From sequence record SRR22947727_5200: a DNA stretch of 20,000 nucleotides; one strand, written 5' to 3'. Positions 15,478 through 20,000 of this stretch are shown one piece after another. The stretch's first letter is position 1; each line of letters opens with the position of its first letter. The translations under genes were made by a program, and so were the position numbers. The notes under the pieces were generated by a model. It was not told the DNA's origin. It ran no database searches and worked only from the letters and a program-made list of their open reading frames with translations.

Positions 15478-15942
15478 ATGACTTTTCACGCCAGCATTGA
15501 GAGCCCACTGGGACCTATCGCCCTCACCTCAGATGGCCGGCACCTGACCAATCTGGACATTGGTCGCCACGTTGCCAATCCCACTACCGACCCCATCATT
15601 GACGCAGCGTCCGCTCAGCTGGGGGAATACTTTGCCGGACACCGCACCGAGTTTGATCTCCCCCTCAAGGCCACGGGGACGGCGTTCCAGGATTCAATTT
15701 GGCGAGCACTTCAAGAGATTCCTTTCGGTCACACCACCAGTTATGGCGAGCTGGGCCAGGCGTTGGGAAAACCAGGCTCCGCCCGGGCTGTAGGAGGAGC
15801 AGTGGGGGCAAACCCTCTGCCCATTGTGATTCCCTGCCACCGAGTTTTAGCCTCTGATCGTCGGATCACCGGGTACAGCGGTGGGGATGGAATCCCCACC
15901 AAAGAGAAGCTTCTCGACCTCGAAAAAATCAGCTACCGCTGA
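15478..15942 (+). CDS. ogt: Methylated-DNA--protein-cysteine methyltransferase
   Basis: Motifs 'SPLG', 'QL.EYF.G.R..FDLPL...GT.FQ..IW', 'IPFG.T.SYG', 'ARAVGGA' and active-site 'IPCHRV'. Confidence 0.95.
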   Translation: MTFHASIESPLGPIALTSDGRHLTNLDIGRHVANPTTDPIIDAASAQLGEYFAGHRTEFDLPLKATGTAFQDSIWRALQEIPFGHTTSYGELGQALGKPGSARAVGGAVGANPLPIVIPCHRVLASDRRITGYSGGDGIPTKEKLLDLEKISYR

Positions 15943-16687
15943 TCACCAGATCAATCACACCCTCGCGCAGCGAGTCTCTGTCGAAGGCGTAGCCGTGGGT
16001 CGACCCCCATGCCACAACATCCTCCACACTGTCACACTTAGCACCCGTAATAGCGAGAGATCGAACCAGGGCACCCTTCACTGATTTGTTCGCGTGACCC
16101 ACCGCTTTCCTGGACCCCGCCGGGCCCTCCTTCACGAGAGAGACAAACACTCCCTTCCCCGGAGGAACAGGCGCCAGTTTCCGATATCCCTCGCTCCGCA
16201 AATCCAGCACAAAGTCAGGAACCTGCGCCCACAACTCTGCGGTCACCTCGGTCCACTGGGCGGCCAATGGGCCCGCTGAGAGTTTTGAGTCGAAGGACAA
16301 CCGATAGGCGGGAATGGGATCAAAGGCTCTCACCAATCCGAACAGGGCTGAGAACACGCCCACCGTGTCTTCCACCCATGCCCGCGGCTCTGGTTCGAGA
16401 TCGTGGACGCCGAGGGCATCAAATAGCACTCCGGTGTAGCGCTCGAGTGCGGGCATGACCGGTGAGCGGAGCACTTCTTGATTGCGCTGAACCTCAGGAA
16501 CGCCTTTGGGGCCCAGCTTCAGCGCCGCCAGCGCTGCAGTTTCATCCCCAGAGAGCTCCACAACCTGCCGCAGCAATGCGCTTCGCACAGGGTTCTGAGC
16601 ACCAAAGCTCAGCTGGGAAAGATCGAGCGATGTTCCTGGATCCCCACCGGAAACTTTCGTCTCCGAGGGTGGCAGCAGGACGAGCAT
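15929..16687 (-). CDS. yaaA: Peroxide stress protein YaaA (UPF0246)
   Basis: The true start is ATG 16687 ('MLVLLPPSETK'). Motifs 'PA..RYTGVLFDAL', 'SALFG', 'D.IP.YRLS', 'DLRS..Y' and 'K..KG'. The longer ORF start at 16909 overlaps atpC. Confidence 0.88.
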   Translation of the reverse strand: MLVLLPPSETKVSGGDPGTSLDLSQLSFGAQNPVRSALLRQVVELSGDETAALAALKLGPKGVPEVQRNQEVLRSPVMPALERYTGVLFDALGVHDLEPEPRAWVEDTVGVFSALFGLVRAFDPIPAYRLSFDSKLSAGPLAAQWTEVTAELWAQVPDFVLDLRSEGYRKLAPVPPGKGVFVSLVKEGPAGSRKAVGHANKSVKGALVRSLAITGAKCDSVEDVVAWGSTHGYAFDRDSLREGVIDLVISGS

Positions 16688-16689
16688 GC

Positions 16690-16953
16690 TTAGGACGTAA
16701 TCTCTGCCAAGCCGGCAACAATAGTCACCTGGTTGTTGTCCACGGACAGGAAGCCATCCTCCGCCCGAGCGGTGACTTTCAGACCATCCGTCGTGGTGAT
16801 GCGCACCTCGCCTGCGGAAAGGACACCCAGGGTGGGTTCGTGACCAGCCAAAATGCCGATCTCGCCCTCTGTGGTGCGCGCAACAACCATCGTTGCCTCC
16901 CCCGACCACACTTCGGCGGTCGCGGAGACAACAGTGACGGTGAGGGTTGACAT
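16690..16953 (-). CDS. atpC: F0F1 ATP synthase epsilon subunit (short form, 87 aa)
   Basis: Sequence 'VWSGEATMVVARTTEGEIGILAGHEP' and 'GFLSV..N.VTI'. ATG at 16953 lies 2 nt after the atpD stop. Confidence 0.93.
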   Translation of the reverse strand: MSTLTVTVVSATAEVWSGEATMVVARTTEGEIGILAGHEPTLGVLSAGEVRITTTDGLKVTARAEDGFLSVDNNQVTIVAGLAEITS

Positions 16954-16955
16954 CC

Positions 16956-19311
<2,356 letters not shown>

Positions 19312-19339
19312 TGGTCCTTAGTCCTTTACTCGTTGTCGT

Positions 19340-19999
19340 CTAGCGCTTGCGCTTGACGATCTTTTCCTGGTTGATCTCGTCTTCGGGAATCGCTGCAAAC
19401 TCTTCGCTTCCCGGAGCGCCGAGGCCGTCAGCGCCAGAGCCCTGGAAGGCGACCACAAACTTGTCGACCTCCTTCTCCAGCTCGGCCTTAGTGTCATCAT
19501 CGAGCACGTTGGTTTTCCGCAACGTGTCGAGAATCTTGGTGTTGCGACGAAGGTGGTCGAGTAGCTCGGCCTCAAACTTGAGGACGTCCTCCACCTCGAT
19601 GGTGTCGAGCTTTCCGTTGGTGCCCGCCCAAATGGAGACCACCTGCTCCTCCACGGGGTAGGGCGAGTACTGAGGCTGCTTCAGGAGCTCCGTAAGTCTC
19701 GCACCACGTGCCAACTGGCGACGGCTCGCGGCATCCAAGTCAGACGCGAACATCGCGAAGGCTTCCAGTGAGCGGTACTGAGCGAGTTCGAGCTTCAGAG
19801 TTCCCGATACCGACTTGATCGACTTCACCTGAGCGTCTCCACCCACACGGGACACGGAGATACCCACGTCCACAGCGGGACGCTGGTTGGCGAGGAAGAG
19901 GTCGGACTGGAGGAAGATCTGACCATCGGTGATCGAAATCACGTTGGTCGGAATGAACGCCGAGACGTCATTCGCCTTGGTCTCGATGATCGGCAGACC
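19340..19999 (-). CDS. atpA: F0F1 ATP synthase alpha subunit (C-terminal part; runs off window)
   Basis: The frame is open to the window edge: '[30 protein letters not shown]', '[15 protein letters not shown]' and 'LAQYR.LEAFA.F.SDLD'. Confidence 0.98.
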   Translation of the reverse strand, partial: GLPIIETKANDVSAFIPTNVISITDGQIFLQSDLFLANQRPAVDVGISVSRVGGDAQVKSIKSVSGTLKLELAQYRSLEAFAMFASDLDAASRRQLARGARLTELLKQPQYSPYPVEEQVVSIWAGTNGKLDTIEVEDVLKFEAELLDHLRRNTKILDTLRKTNVLDDDTKAELEKEVDKFVVAFQGSGADGLGAPGSEEFAAIPEDEINQEKIVKRKR

Positions 20000-20000
20000 C

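Noticed and set aside
16688..16909. N-terminal extensions in the ORF track for yaaA (16909), atpC (16986), atpD (18512) and FKBP (6993)
   Set aside because: They overlap upstream genes or precede the conserved N-terminal motif or signal peptide. The downstream starts fit better.

Overview
This is a gene-dense, high-GC (roughly 60% by eye) bacterial chromosome segment. Gene content and sequence style suggest an actinobacterium of the Microbacteriaceae/Micrococcales type (inference). It contains 20 CDSs. In order: a partial DUF4395 membrane protein, osmC, a TIGR01777 epimerase-like protein, a small membrane/TPR-like protein, dapB, a His-less CsoR/CstR-type repressor with a CoA-disulfide reductase-rhodanese fusion and its operator palindrome, a divergent MpaB/DUF2236-type oxygenase, a two-domain FKBP lipoprotein, a second OsmC-family protein, gabT, class-3 asparaginase, ald, an EccC/EssC-like FtsK ATPase, a zinc-ribbon/degenerate-FHA protein, a divergent membrane-anchored HExxH/coiled-coil protein, ogt, yaaA and the distal atp operon (atpA partial, atpG, atpD, atpC). 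I saw no rRNA, tRNA, CRISPR array or mobile element. The best candidates for an undescribed system are (i) the FtsK-like ATPase + degenerate FHA + HExxH module, with an 11-bp inverted repeat over the FHA gene's promoter, and (ii) the CstR-like/CoA-persulfide reductase unit, whose operator may also control the divergent oxygenase. Six genes have a TANNNT -10 box 6-8 nt before ATG, which suggests leaderless transcription. All family calls come from motif recognition, not database searches.
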